Source: a bacterium
Lineage (GTDB): Bacteria; UBA8248
Assembly: GCA_965204535.1 (NCBI GenBank)
Contig: CBDBEV010000001.1
Coordinates: 1,888,001-1,952,000 of the forward strand
Reading direction: 5' to 3'
DNA: 64,000 bases
Part shown: one piece after another, positions 29,809 through 38,351 of the stretch
Layout: every line of letters starts with the position of its first letter
Numbering within the stretch: position 1 is the stretch's first letter
The notes under the pieces: model-generated
Databases searched by the model: none
The model's input: only the letters and a program-made list of their open reading frames with translations
Told to the model about the DNA's origin: nothing
Translations under genes and position numbers: made by a program

Positions 29809-30092
29809 TACTCCTCTCCAAATCCCAACACGGTGAGGCGCGCCGTTTTCTCATCTGCCGGAGCATCTCCCAGCGCCTTTTTCTTTTCTTTCCACACTCA
29901 ACACCTCCCTTCGGGCCGGTCTTTATGCCCTTTGGTGAAAGGTGGATATTATGAACCAACATATAACCTATCGCTAAATGTCTTACAATTCGGAATGCGG
30001 GTGTTCCATGATCGGTGGAGGGGTGTTTCCGGGGACGTAGAGGGTTTGTGCAAGCGGTCTGTCTTCAGACATCTTTCGGCCCGGCGCACTCC

Positions 30093-31775
30093 CTAAAACA
30101 ACCCCGTGATCTTCCCGTCGGCGGTGATGTCCATCCCGGCCGAGGCGGGGGTCTTGGCGAGGCCGGGCATCTGCATGATGTTCCCGGCGATGGCGACGAC
30201 GAACCCCGCCCCTGCGGACACGTAGGCCTCGCGCACGTTCAGGATGAAGCCCTCGGGCGCGCCCGGCTTCTTGGGGTCGTCCGAGAGGGAGGCCTGCGTC
30301 TTCGCGATGCAGACCGGAAGCTCGCCGTAGCCCAGCCTTGTTAAGGAGCGCAGGCTGCGCGCCGCTCCCGGCTCGAAGCGCACGGCACCCGCGCGGTAGA
30401 TGCGCGTCGCGATGGCCTCTATCTTCTCCGCGAGCGGCATATCGAGCGAATAAAGCGGCGTGTAGGGCGCATCGTTCGCGGCGGCGAGATCGAAAGCCGT
30501 CTCGGCGAGTTCTACGCCCCCCTCGCCGCCTTTGGCGTGAAGCTCATGCGCGTGGCACGGCGCTCCCGCCTCGGCGCAAAGCTCCTTCACGCGCGCGATT
30601 TCGGCGTCCGTATCCGAAGCGAAGCGGTTCACGGCCACCACCACGGGCGCGCCGAAGCCCTGGATGTTCTCGATGTGGACTTTGAGGTTCGCGAAGCCTT
30701 CCGCGAGGGCGTCCACGTTCTCCTCCGCCAGCGCGTCCACATCGAAGGGAACGCCCCCGTGGAGCTTGAGCGCGCGGACGGTGGCGACGAGCACCACTGC
30801 GTCCACGCTCAGGCCCCCCGTGCGCGCGGTGATGTCGAAGAATTTCTCCGCCCCAAGGTCGGAGCCGAATCCCGCCTCCACCACCATGACGTCGCCCAGC
30901 TTTAACGCCAGCTTGTCCGCGATGAGCGAGTTCGTGCCGTGGGCGATGTTGCCGAAAGGCCCCCCGTGGACGAAGGCGGGCGAGCCCTCGAGCGTCTGCA
31001 CCAGATTGGGCTTGATGGCGTCTTTCAGGAGCAGGGCCATCGCGCCCGCGGCGTTCAGATCGCCCGCGGTGATGGGCGCGCCCTTCCGCGTGTAGCCGAC
31101 GACGATGCGCGCGATGCGTTCTTTCATGTCCTGCGGGTCGCGCGCGAGGCACAGCACGGCCATGACCTCGGACGCCGCCGTGATCATGAAGCCCTCTTCC
31201 CTGGGCACGCCGTGCGTCCTGCCGCCGAGACCCACGAGGACGTGGCGCAACGCTCGGTCGTTCATGTCCAGCACGCGCTTCCAGGTGACGCGGTTCACGT
31301 CCAGGCTGAGATCGTTTCCGTGGAATACGTGCGCGTCCAGCAGGGCGGAGAGCAGGTTGTGGGCGGAGGTGACGGCGTGGATGTCGCCCGTGAAGTGGAG
31401 ATTGATGTCCTCCATCGGCAACACCTGGGACATGCCGCCGCCGGCCGCGCCCCCCTTGATGCCGAACACGGGGCCGAGCGAGGGTTCGCGCACGCAGATG
31501 ACGCTTTTCTTGCCGAGCCGCGCCAACGCCTGGCCGAGCCCCACCGTGGTGAGCGTCTTGCCCTCGCCCAGCGGGGTGGGCGTCATGGCGGTGACGAGGA
31601 TGAGCCTGCCGTCCGGCGCGTCCTTTCGGCGTTCGAGCGCATCGAGGCTCACCTTGGCCTTGTGCGCGCCGTAGAGTTCTATCTCCTCCGGCCCCAGGCC
31701 CAGTTCTTCAGCGATTTCCGTGATGGGTTTGAGCTTCGCGGCTTGCGCGATTTCCACATCCGATGCGATGGCCAT
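30093..31775 (-). CDS. fhs: Formate--tetrahydrofolate ligase
   Basis: PTPLGEGKT, GIKGGAAGGG, INLHFTGD, HGGPFGNIAHG, VCIAKTQ, MPGL. Confidence 0.97.
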   Translation of the reverse strand: MAIASDVEIAQAAKLKPITEIAEELGLGPEEIELYGAHKAKVSLDALERRKDAPDGRLILVTAMTPTPLGEGKTLTTVGLGQALARLGKKSVICVREPSLGPVFGIKGGAAGGGMSQVLPMEDINLHFTGDIHAVTSAHNLLSALLDAHVFHGNDLSLDVNRVTWKRVLDMNDRALRHVLVGLGGRTHGVPREEGFMITAASEVMAVLCLARDPQDMKERIARIVVGYTRKGAPITAGDLNAAGAMALLLKDAIKPNLVQTLEGSPAFVHGGPFGNIAHGTNSLIADKLALKLGDVMVVEAGFGSDLGAEKFFDITARTGGLSVDAVVLVATVRALKLHGGVPFDVDALAEENVDALAEGFANLKVHIENIQGFGAPVVVAVNRFASDTDAEIARVKELCAEAGAPCHAHELHAKGGEGGVELAETAFDLAAANDAPYTPLYSLDMPLAEKIEAIATRIYRAGAVRFEPGAARSLRSLTRLGYGELPVCIAKTQASLSDDPKKPGAPEGFILNVREAYVSAGAGFVVAIAGNIMQMPGLAKTPASAGMDITADGKITGLF

Positions 31776-31830
31776 GAATCCTCTCCCGGACCGGCGACGT
31801 GCTATGGAGGACGTGTTGGAGTCTCCAACC

Positions 31831-31859
31831 AACCTAGCGAGGGGCAGGATGAGTGTCAA
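31831..31859 (-). promoter_or_regulatory. Sigma70-type promoter of fhs
   Basis: Minus strand TTGACA-17 nt-TAGGTT, about 55 nt upstream of the ATG. Confidence 0.6.
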
Positions 31860-31905
31860 GGAAAACTATCCGGGCGGCCCGATGCGGGCAAAAGGCCTGA
31901 AGAAC

Positions 31906-31989
31906 AATTCACGTTATTTAAGTAGTTTAACGTGAATTAAGTGCGATTTATGGGGTTCATTCACGGGACATTGATGTTTTAACGTGAAT
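31906..31989. promoter_or_regulatory. Two ATTCACG...CGTGAAT inverted repeats upstream of fic (probable operators)
   Basis: AATTCACGTTA-N11-TAACGTGAATT (31906-31938) and ATTCACG-N17-CGTGAAT (31959-31989) in AT-rich DNA. Confidence 0.55.
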
Positions 31990-32005
31990 ACATTATAGTA
32001 ACGGC

Positions 32006-32878
32006 ATGACTACTCCGGGGCCGATGAAAGATCGCATCGGGGCTCTCAAGCGGGAATACGACGCCTTGCGCCGGGGCAGGGAATCGCTTCTGGCAATGAT
32101 CGACGAGGTCGAAATCCCCGAGAGCGTCTACAACTCGAACGCGATTGAAAACTCCACCCTCACACTCGATGAGACCGAAAGAATCCTGCTGGAGCAATCC
32201 CTCGCGCGCGAGGTGTCGGTGCGGGAGGTTTTTGAAGCCAGGAATCTGGCCCGCGTCACCGAATACAAGCGCACCAGAGCGGAAGATAGCGAACTGGATG
32301 AGGAGTTGATATTGCTCTTGCACCAGATGCTCATCGGCGGCATCGACGACGCCATTGCGGGCCGGTTTCGGAGACAGGGAGAGTACGTGCGCGTGGGTAC
32401 GCATATCGCGCCCGCGCCCGAGCACGTGGAGCGCATGATGGAGAACATCCTCATCACATATTCGAGCGATCTGGATTCCTACTGCCTCGACAAGATTGCC
32501 CGGTTCCATCTGGATTTCGAGACGATTCATCCCTTTTGCGACGGCAACGGCCGCATCGGTCGGGTGATCATCAACTTCCAGCTTCTGCGACTCGGCCTGC
32601 CGCGCCTCATCATTCGCAACTCGGACAAGGAGCACTACTACCAGGCGTTCAACGACTATCGCGACCGCCGGACGGCCCGGACGATGGAGAACATCCTGGC
32701 GCTCGCTCTCCTGGAGTCGCTTCACAAGCGGGTGACCTGCCTGCGGGGAGAATCGGTCGTGCGGCTCTCCGACTACATCAGAAAGAGAGGCCTCTCGGCC
32801 CCCGCCACGACCAACGCCGCCCGCCGCCAGACCATCCCCGCTTTCCGGGAGAAGGGCGTCTGGAAGATCGGAGAGTGA
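32006..32878 (+). CDS. Fic family AMPylase with N-terminal inhibitory helix and C-terminal HTH-like tail
   Basis: HPFCDGNGRIGR Fic motif; SNAIEN (S/T)xxxE(G/N) motif. Confidence 0.92.
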   Translation: MTTPGPMKDRIGALKREYDALRRGRESLLAMIDEVEIPESVYNSNAIENSTLTLDETERILLEQSLAREVSVREVFEARNLARVTEYKRTRAEDSELDEELILLLHQMLIGGIDDAIAGRFRRQGEYVRVGTHIAPAPEHVERMMENILITYSSDLDSYCLDKIARFHLDFETIHPFCDGNGRIGRVIINFQLLRLGLPRLIIRNSDKEHYYQAFNDYRDRRTARTMENILALALLESLHKRVTCLRGESVVRLSDYIRKRGLSAPATTNAARRQTIPAFREKGVWKIGE

Positions 32879-33075
32879 GGGGAAGTGATCTTGAAGATTA
32901 AAGGGCGTCGCGCGGCGGCTGAGCGCTCGCCCCCGCCGCCGCATCTGGCGGGCTTCGCCGTGATGCGGCATAATGGGGACATCATGTTCGAGGATAAGCC
33001 TGAGCCCCGCTGATGGTACCCGCCGCGCGCGAACCGGGGCCGAACCGATACGGTTCGCACCTTGAGGGCCGACCA

Positions 33076-34266
33076 ATGACCCAGGAATTCCTCGCCGATT
33101 TAGCCGGCCGGATCGAAACGCTGAAGGCCGACGGCCTGTTCAAGCAGGAGCAGGTCATCTCCTCGCCGCAGCAGGGCGAGGTCACCCTCGAGACGGGTGC
33201 GGCCTGCATCAACCTGTGCGCCAACAACTACCTGGGCCTCTCCAATCACCCACGCCTCGTCGAGGCGGCCAGGGCCGCGCTGTCCCGGTATGGTTTCGGA
33301 ATGTCGTCGGTCCGGTTCATCTGCGGCACCCAGGTTCCCCACAAGCAGTTGGAGGAGCGTCTGAGCGCGTTCCTGGGAACCGAGGACACGATCCTCTTCC
33401 CGAGTTGTTTCGACGCCAACGCGGGGCTGTTCGAGAGCCTACTGGGCGAGGAGGATGCGATCATATCCGATGCGCTGAACCACGCGTCGATCATCGACGG
33501 CGTGCGTCTTTGCCGCGCGAAGCGGCTGCGCTACGCCAACAACGACATGAAGGACCTGGAAGCCAGGCTGAAAGAAGCGGCCGGCGCGCGCTACCGCCTG
33601 ATCGCCACGGACGGGGTCTTTTCGATGGACGGCTACATGGCCGATTTGCCGGCCATCTGCGACCTGGCGGAAAGACACGACGCCCTCGTGATGGTGGACG
33701 ACAGCCATGCCGTCGGCTTCGTCGGCGAAAACGGACGGGGCACGCCCGAGCGCTTTGGCGTCGCAGGAAGGGTCGACATCCTCACGGGGACCCTCGGCAA
33801 GGCGCTGGGAGGCGCGGCGGGGGGTTACGTCTCGGCCCGGCGCGTCATCGTGGAGTGGCTGCGCCAGAGCGCACGGCCCTACATCTTCTCCAACACGCCG
33901 GCCCCCGTCATCGCCCAGACCGGCCTGGCGGCGCTGGATCTTCTCGCCGGCTCGGCGGAGCTGCGGGATCGGCTCTGGCGCAATACGAGGCGCTTCCGCG
34001 CCGAAATGACCGCCCTGGGGTTCGAACTGCTGCCGGGCGAGCACCCCATCATCCCCCTGATGCTGCGCGACCCGAAGCTGGCGCAGAACTTCGCCGCCGG
34101 ACTCCGCGAGGAGGGCGTGTTGGTCACCGCGTTCTCGTTTCCCGTCGTCCCGCGCGGGGGGGACAGGATACGCACGCAGATGTCGGCGGCCCACGATACG
34201 GGAGACCTCGACCGCGCCATCGGCGCATTCGCCGAGGTGGGCCGCAAACTCGGGGTAATCACCTAG
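33076..34266 (+). CDS. kbl: Glycine C-acetyltransferase (2-amino-3-ketobutyrate CoA ligase)
   Basis: [53 protein letters not shown]. Confidence 0.95.
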   Translation: MTQEFLADLAGRIETLKADGLFKQEQVISSPQQGEVTLETGAACINLCANNYLGLSNHPRLVEAARAALSRYGFGMSSVRFICGTQVPHKQLEERLSAFLGTEDTILFPSCFDANAGLFESLLGEEDAIISDALNHASIIDGVRLCRAKRLRYANNDMKDLEARLKEAAGARYRLIATDGVFSMDGYMADLPAICDLAERHDALVMVDDSHAVGFVGENGRGTPERFGVAGRVDILTGTLGKALGGAAGGYVSARRVIVEWLRQSARPYIFSNTPAPVIAQTGLAALDLLAGSAELRDRLWRNTRRFRAEMTALGFELLPGEHPIIPLMLRDPKLAQNFAAGLREEGVLVTAFSFPVVPRGGDRIRTQMSAAHDTGDLDRAIGAFAEVGRKLGVIT

Positions 34267-34276
34267 CGCACGGGAG

Positions 34277-35077
34277 ATGAGCATGCTCACACTTGAAGGA
34301 CAGGCGGCTATCGTCACCGGCGGCGCGAGCGGCATCGGACGCGCCACCGCGCAGACGCTGGCGGATGCGGGTGCCGCCGTCGTCATCGCCGACCTGAACG
34401 AGGAGGCGGGTGCTGCGGCAGCGGAAGAGCTCAAAGCGGGGGGCGCCGAAGCGCTGTTCGTCCGGACCGACGTGGCCGAGGCCCGCGACGTCGAAGCGCT
34501 CATCGAGGCGGTGACGGAGCGGTTCGGCTCGCTGGAAATCCTGATGCACTTCGCGGGAATCGGTGTGGAAATACACGCTCTCGAAACCACTCTCGAGGAT
34601 TGGAACCGCATCATCGCCGTCAACCTCACGGGAAGTTTCCTGATGATGCAGGCCGCCGGCGCCGTGATGGTCGAGGCGGGATACGGCCGGATCGTGTCGA
34701 TGTCCTCAGTCGCGGGGCTGCGGGGCGGGACGGGGCGCGCGGCCTACGGCGCGTCCAAGGGCGGCGTCGCGGCGTTGACGAGGGTGTTGGCGACCGAGTG
34801 GGCGGAGTCCGGCGTGACGGTCAACACCCTGGCGCCGGGGCCCGTCGAAACCCCGCTGGTGAAGGAAATGCACGACGAGGAGACCCGCCGGGCCTATCTC
34901 CAGAGCGTTCCGATGAACCGCTACGGGGCGCCGGAGGAGGTGGCGGCCGCGGCCCTCTACCTGGCGCTGCCGCAATCGGGCTACATCAACGGCGTGACGC
35001 TGCCCGTGGACGGCGGCTTCGACGCCGGCGGCGTCATCAAGCGCGGCCCCGGAGGGTTCGGAGAGACGGCCTCCTGA
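34277..35077 (+). CDS. SDR family oxidoreductase
   Basis: TGGASGIG and YGASKGG motifs. Confidence 0.92.
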   Translation: MSMLTLEGQAAIVTGGASGIGRATAQTLADAGAAVVIADLNEEAGAAAAEELKAGGAEALFVRTDVAEARDVEALIEAVTERFGSLEILMHFAGIGVEIHALETTLEDWNRIIAVNLTGSFLMMQAAGAVMVEAGYGRIVSMSSVAGLRGGTGRAAYGASKGGVAALTRVLATEWAESGVTVNTLAPGPVETPLVKEMHDEETRRAYLQSVPMNRYGAPEEVAAAALYLALPQSGYINGVTLPVDGGFDAGGVIKRGPGGFGETAS

Positions 35078-35078
35078 A

Positions 35079-35638
35079 GCGGCTGTTGAAAAATCCTTGT
35101 CGGGAAGAATTCCTCCTTCTTCAGTTGGAATTCACCCCCCCAACCCCATGTCAGCGGGGCTTTTTGCTTTTACCCCCCTGTCAAGGGGGGGTAGGGGGGG
35201 TTGCCTTTCATGCAGGGGGCCTTTGAAGCTCCCTCATCGGTCGCGTCAAACCCTCGATACAGCCCTTGTGGACCTGTTCGGAATGAAGAAGTTTTTCGTT
35301 CTCCTCACCCTGAGTAGCCGCCGGAGGCAGCGTATCGAAGGGCAATCGCGCCCAATGCGGAAGCGATGCGTCGCACGCCGGTAGAGGTTTTTTGACCCTC
35401 TCTCTTCGGTCGGGTCAAATCTTCGATACAAACGCTCTTTCATCAGTCGCGTTTGACCAGCGCGCCTACTCGGGATGAGGTTTTGTAGCCGTCTGTGTGG
35501 TAGAAAGGAGAACCGCCTCGTAATCCGCCATACCATCCGCTCGCCCTCGACTCGAAAACCAACCCCCCCTACCCCCCCCTTAACAGGGGGGTAAAAAAAG
35601 AAGGCCCCCCTGACAAGGGGGGCTTTTTCAACAACCTC
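35079..35638. mobile_element. MITE-like element with IS1182-type ends filled with palindromic repeats
   Basis: GCGGCTGTTGAAAAA ... TTTTTCAACAACCTC flanked by TGAA on both sides; interior has CCCCCCTACCCCCCCTT-type and CCTGAGTAGC..GTATCGAAGG repeats. Confidence 0.7.
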
Positions 35639-35728
35639 TGAAGCACGGCGCGCATCCCCTCCGCATGGCGTTTTGGGCGCACGAAAGATTAAGCCCTTGA
35701 TGGATGGGATACGACGCCCCCTTCGCGC

Positions 35729-36181
35729 CTACCCGGGTCTCCTTGCGAAGAACTCGCGGTACTTGGGCGCCAGCGGCGCGTCGCGCCAGTCGAAGCCGGT
35801 GGCGTCGGCGGCCCCCTCCATCTCCCGCGCGCTCCAGTCGTTCTCATCCGCCAGATGGTTCAGCGAGCAAATCCCGGCCCGCCCCGTGGCCTTTCAGTGC
35901 ACGAACGCAGGGCCGTGGGCCTTGGCTTCTGAGAGCGCGCGGCTCACCTCGGCCAGCGAGGCGGGGCTGAACTCGGCCGGCGAGACGGGGACGTTCACGT
36001 AGCGCATCCCCAGCGCCTCGGCCTCTGCCTTGGCGCGCTCGGGCGGCAATTCGCCCTGGTCTTCTTCGGGAAAGCGCGTGTTGATGATGGTCTTGACGCC
36101 TCTTGCGGCGAGGGATTCCAGATCCGCGGGCTCGGGCTGCGAGCCGAAGGCGATGTCTTCAGATGCGTGGAAGTATTCCAT
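35729..36181 (-). CDS. Predicted selenoprotein: DUF442/Blh-like sulfurtransferase-phosphatase fold protein (150 aa, Sec at codon 96)
   Basis: GSQP..DL..L...GVKTIINTR..E, GMRYVNVPV, then GPAFVH-TGA(35894-35896)-KATGRAG, matching the HCxxxxR active-site loop; frame stays open to TAG at 35729; SECIS-like hairpin follows; selC in window. Confidence 0.85.
35862..35883 (-). promoter_or_regulatory. Putative bacterial SECIS of the DUF442-like gene
   Basis: mRNA UGA-AAGGCCACGG-GGCGGGC-CGGGAUUU-GCUCGCU: 6-7 bp stem starting about 11 nt after UGA, G-rich loop. Confidence 0.6.
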
Positions 36182-36203
36182 GTAAAAACTCCAGGTATGG
36201 GGG

Positions 36204-36764
36204 TTAATCCGCCGTCACGCCCTCTATCTTGAAGGGCTCGCCGTTCACCTCCACGGTGGAGTGGAGCGGCACCGGCTCGGTGATGAGGGCCTCGGCGAAA
36301 CAGCCGTTCTTCGCGTTCTTGATGAGGTGCGCGAGCTTCTCCGCAGGCTCGTCCGATTCGACTTTGAGATGCGTGTCCACGGCCTCCCACTTGTTGAACA
36401 CGGTGCCCTTGAGCACCGAGCCGCCCAGCAGCTTTCGGAACCGCACCGAGACGCTCGCTCCCTTGATCTCCATTTTCATCATGTGCGCGTACCGCGACAC
36501 CTGGGTGAGCAGTCAGAACCCCGTCGCCATGGCGAGATAGGCCATCGGCGTGGGGTATTGCGCCGTGCCGCCGATGTTCGCGCCCTCGTCGCAGAAAATC
36601 TCGAACTTGCCCGCCGTGCCGCGCTTGAGCTGCAGGGAGCCTTCGTGCATCTCGGTGTGGACGGTGTTGTCGGTATACAGCCCCCCTTTGGGGAGTTCGG
36701 GCTTGTCGATGACGCGCTCGCCCGGCACGGTGGAGGTGCTGTGTCCATCTACAGGACCTGTCAT
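36204..36764 (-). CDS. Predicted selenoprotein: OsmC/Ohr-like protein (186 aa, Sec at codon 84)
   Basis: ORFs 36513-36764 and 36204-36500 are in frame across one TGA (36513-36515): DEGANIGGTAQYPTPMAYLAMATGF-U-LLTQV. Second Cys in AKNGCFAE; GAGGAG RBS at the upstream start. Confidence 0.9.
36483..36500 (-). promoter_or_regulatory. Putative bacterial SECIS of the OsmC-like gene
   Basis: mRNA UGA-N12-GUG-U(bulge)-CGC-GGUAC-GCG-CAC; spacing, bulged U and GGU loop resemble the E. coli fdhF SECIS. Confidence 0.7.
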
Positions 36765-36982
36765 GGATTTCTCCTCATGAATATGTGGTTCGCATGATTT
36801 CGTCGATGCGCGCAGGATACGACAAACGCTTCGCCAAGTATAGTTTCCGGAGAGTGGAACCGGCGGGCTTGATTGAGGAATTCCGGCGAGCCTGCTAAAC
36901 AGGTGGTCACCAAATCTATGAATGGCCAGTGCGGCGAAGGGAGCGCGTTCCGCCGCCGCGCCCGGCCGGGAGGAATGCGGAT

Positions 36983-37381
36983 ATGTTCAACAAATTTCAT
37001 CACATCGGCGTCGCGGTGAAGGACATGGACGCCGCCATCGCCCTGTACGAGGGCATGGGCGCGAAGCTGCTCGCGCGGGAGACCTCCGCCGACGGCGCGA
37101 CCGATCTGGCCATGCTGGATTTGGGCGGCGACCTCATCGAGCCCATCTCGCCCATCCAGCAGGATTCGCCTCTCGCCAAGTTTATCGAGGAGCGCGGCGA
37201 GGGCCTCCACCACGTGGCCTTCGACGTGAAGAACATCGACGGCGTGCTGGCCGACATGAAGGCGCAGGGCTTCGAGTTGATTGATGAGAAATCGAGGCCC
37301 GGCTTCGGCGGACACCTCATCGCCTTCATCAAGCCCAAGAGCACGATGGGCACGCTGTGGGAGCTGGTGGAGGACGTTTAA
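36983..37381 (+). CDS. VOC family protein, methylmalonyl-CoA epimerase-like
   Basis: HHIGVAV, GEGLHHVAFDV, AFIKPKSTMGTLWELVE. Confidence 0.85.
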   Translation: MFNKFHHIGVAVKDMDAAIALYEGMGAKLLARETSADGATDLAMLDLGGDLIEPISPIQQDSPLAKFIEERGEGLHHVAFDVKNIDGVLADMKAQGFELIDEKSRPGFGGHLIAFIKPKSTMGTLWELVEDV

Positions 37382-37385
37382 GTCC

Positions 37386-37499
37386 GTAGGGGCGATCCCC
37401 CGTGGTCGCCCATTCGTCCATTCAAGGACAGGCACGGGGGCCTGTCCCTACGCCTCGTTTCAAGCGCGGGTTTCCGTAGGGGCGCTTCGCGAAGCGCCC
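37386..37499. repeat. GTAG-type REP cluster
   Basis: GTAGGGGCGATCCCCCGTGGTCGCCC, GGACAGGCACGGGGGCCTGTCCCTAC, GTAGGGGCGCTTCGCGAAGCGCCC. Confidence 0.8.
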
Positions 37500-37581
37500 G
37501 CACCCTTCGGTATGGTCCGTTCCCGAGCGGCGGGGCGGCCCCGAGGAGGGGCTGCCGTAAGGTTCAGGAAAAATTATTTCC

Positions 37582-38343
37582 TCAGTCGCCCCGTACGAGG
37601 CCTTCTCTCACTTTCGGCATCGTTTGCGCGATGTCCCGTATGGGCAGGCCGTGCGTCGGCGCGACGACTTCGACGTCCAGTTCATCCATCAACTCTTCGA
37701 GCTTGTCGGCGTAGACGTTCATGTCGGTGAAGGTCGTCCAGTACAGGGCGCGTTCGGCGAAAACGCCCAGCACGTCGACCAGATCGAGCGAGGTGGCCTC
37801 TTCGGCGAACATCCCGCAGTGGCCGTCCGTATGGTAGTGGCTGTAGGCGAAGCCGTCTCCCGGAAACAGCACGCGCCCTTTGGTCTCGAACCCCCAGAGA
37901 GAACTCCGCAAGTCCCGGATCACCGGCTCCACGGCCATGAACTTCGTATCGCCCAGGTCGATGGCGTCTCCCACGCGCATCTCCCGGAAGCGGCCCTCGT
38001 GCTGGGGAAACGCCAGGTGGTAGTCGCACATGTCCCCGTGGATGGTGAGGTCGGGGTATCGGTCGAGCACGCGGCCCAGACCGCCCGAGTGGGGGGTCTC
38101 CTGATGGGTCAGGAACAGGTGTTCGAGCGGGCCTCCGCCGCGGGCCAGGATGTCCCTCATCTGGCGCTCGATGATGGGGAAATCCTTGGGGTGTCCCGTC
38201 TCTATCAGCATGGAGGCTTCTGAGCCGATGATGAGGAAGGCCGCGTTGTAGGAGTGATAGATCTTGCCCTGGGAGTGTTGGACCAGGCAGTCGCCGAGCC
38301 AGAAGACGCCGGGCGATATTTCGCGGGGCAGGGGATGGCTCAT
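37582..38343 (-). CDS. Metallo-beta-lactamase-fold protein (FprA/ODP-like di-metal domain)
   Basis: LIETG, THQETPHSGG, LFPGDGF, VAPTHG. Confidence 0.82.
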   Translation of the reverse strand: MSHPLPREISPGVFWLGDCLVQHSQGKIYHSYNAAFLIIGSEASMLIETGHPKDFPIIERQMRDILARGGGPLEHLFLTHQETPHSGGLGRVLDRYPDLTIHGDMCDYHLAFPQHEGRFREMRVGDAIDLGDTKFMAVEPVIRDLRSSLWGFETKGRVLFPGDGFAYSHYHTDGHCGMFAEEATSLDLVDVLGVFAERALYWTTFTDMNVYADKLEELMDELDVEVVAPTHGLPIRDIAQTMPKVREGLVRGD

Positions 38344-38351
38344 GTGTGCTC

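Noticed and set aside
32990-33070. Possible riboswitch upstream of kbl (GCTGATGG... and a CGAACCG/CGGTTCG hairpin)
   Set aside because: Does not fit the fluoride, glycine or ZTP consensus pairing by eye; only a short hairpin is supported.
36204-36500. Separate 98-aa ORF, or a pseudogene interpretation of the OsmC-like locus
   Set aside because: No RBS at the GTG. One TGA at the catalytic position plus a SECIS-like hairpin and selC fit Sec decoding better than decay.
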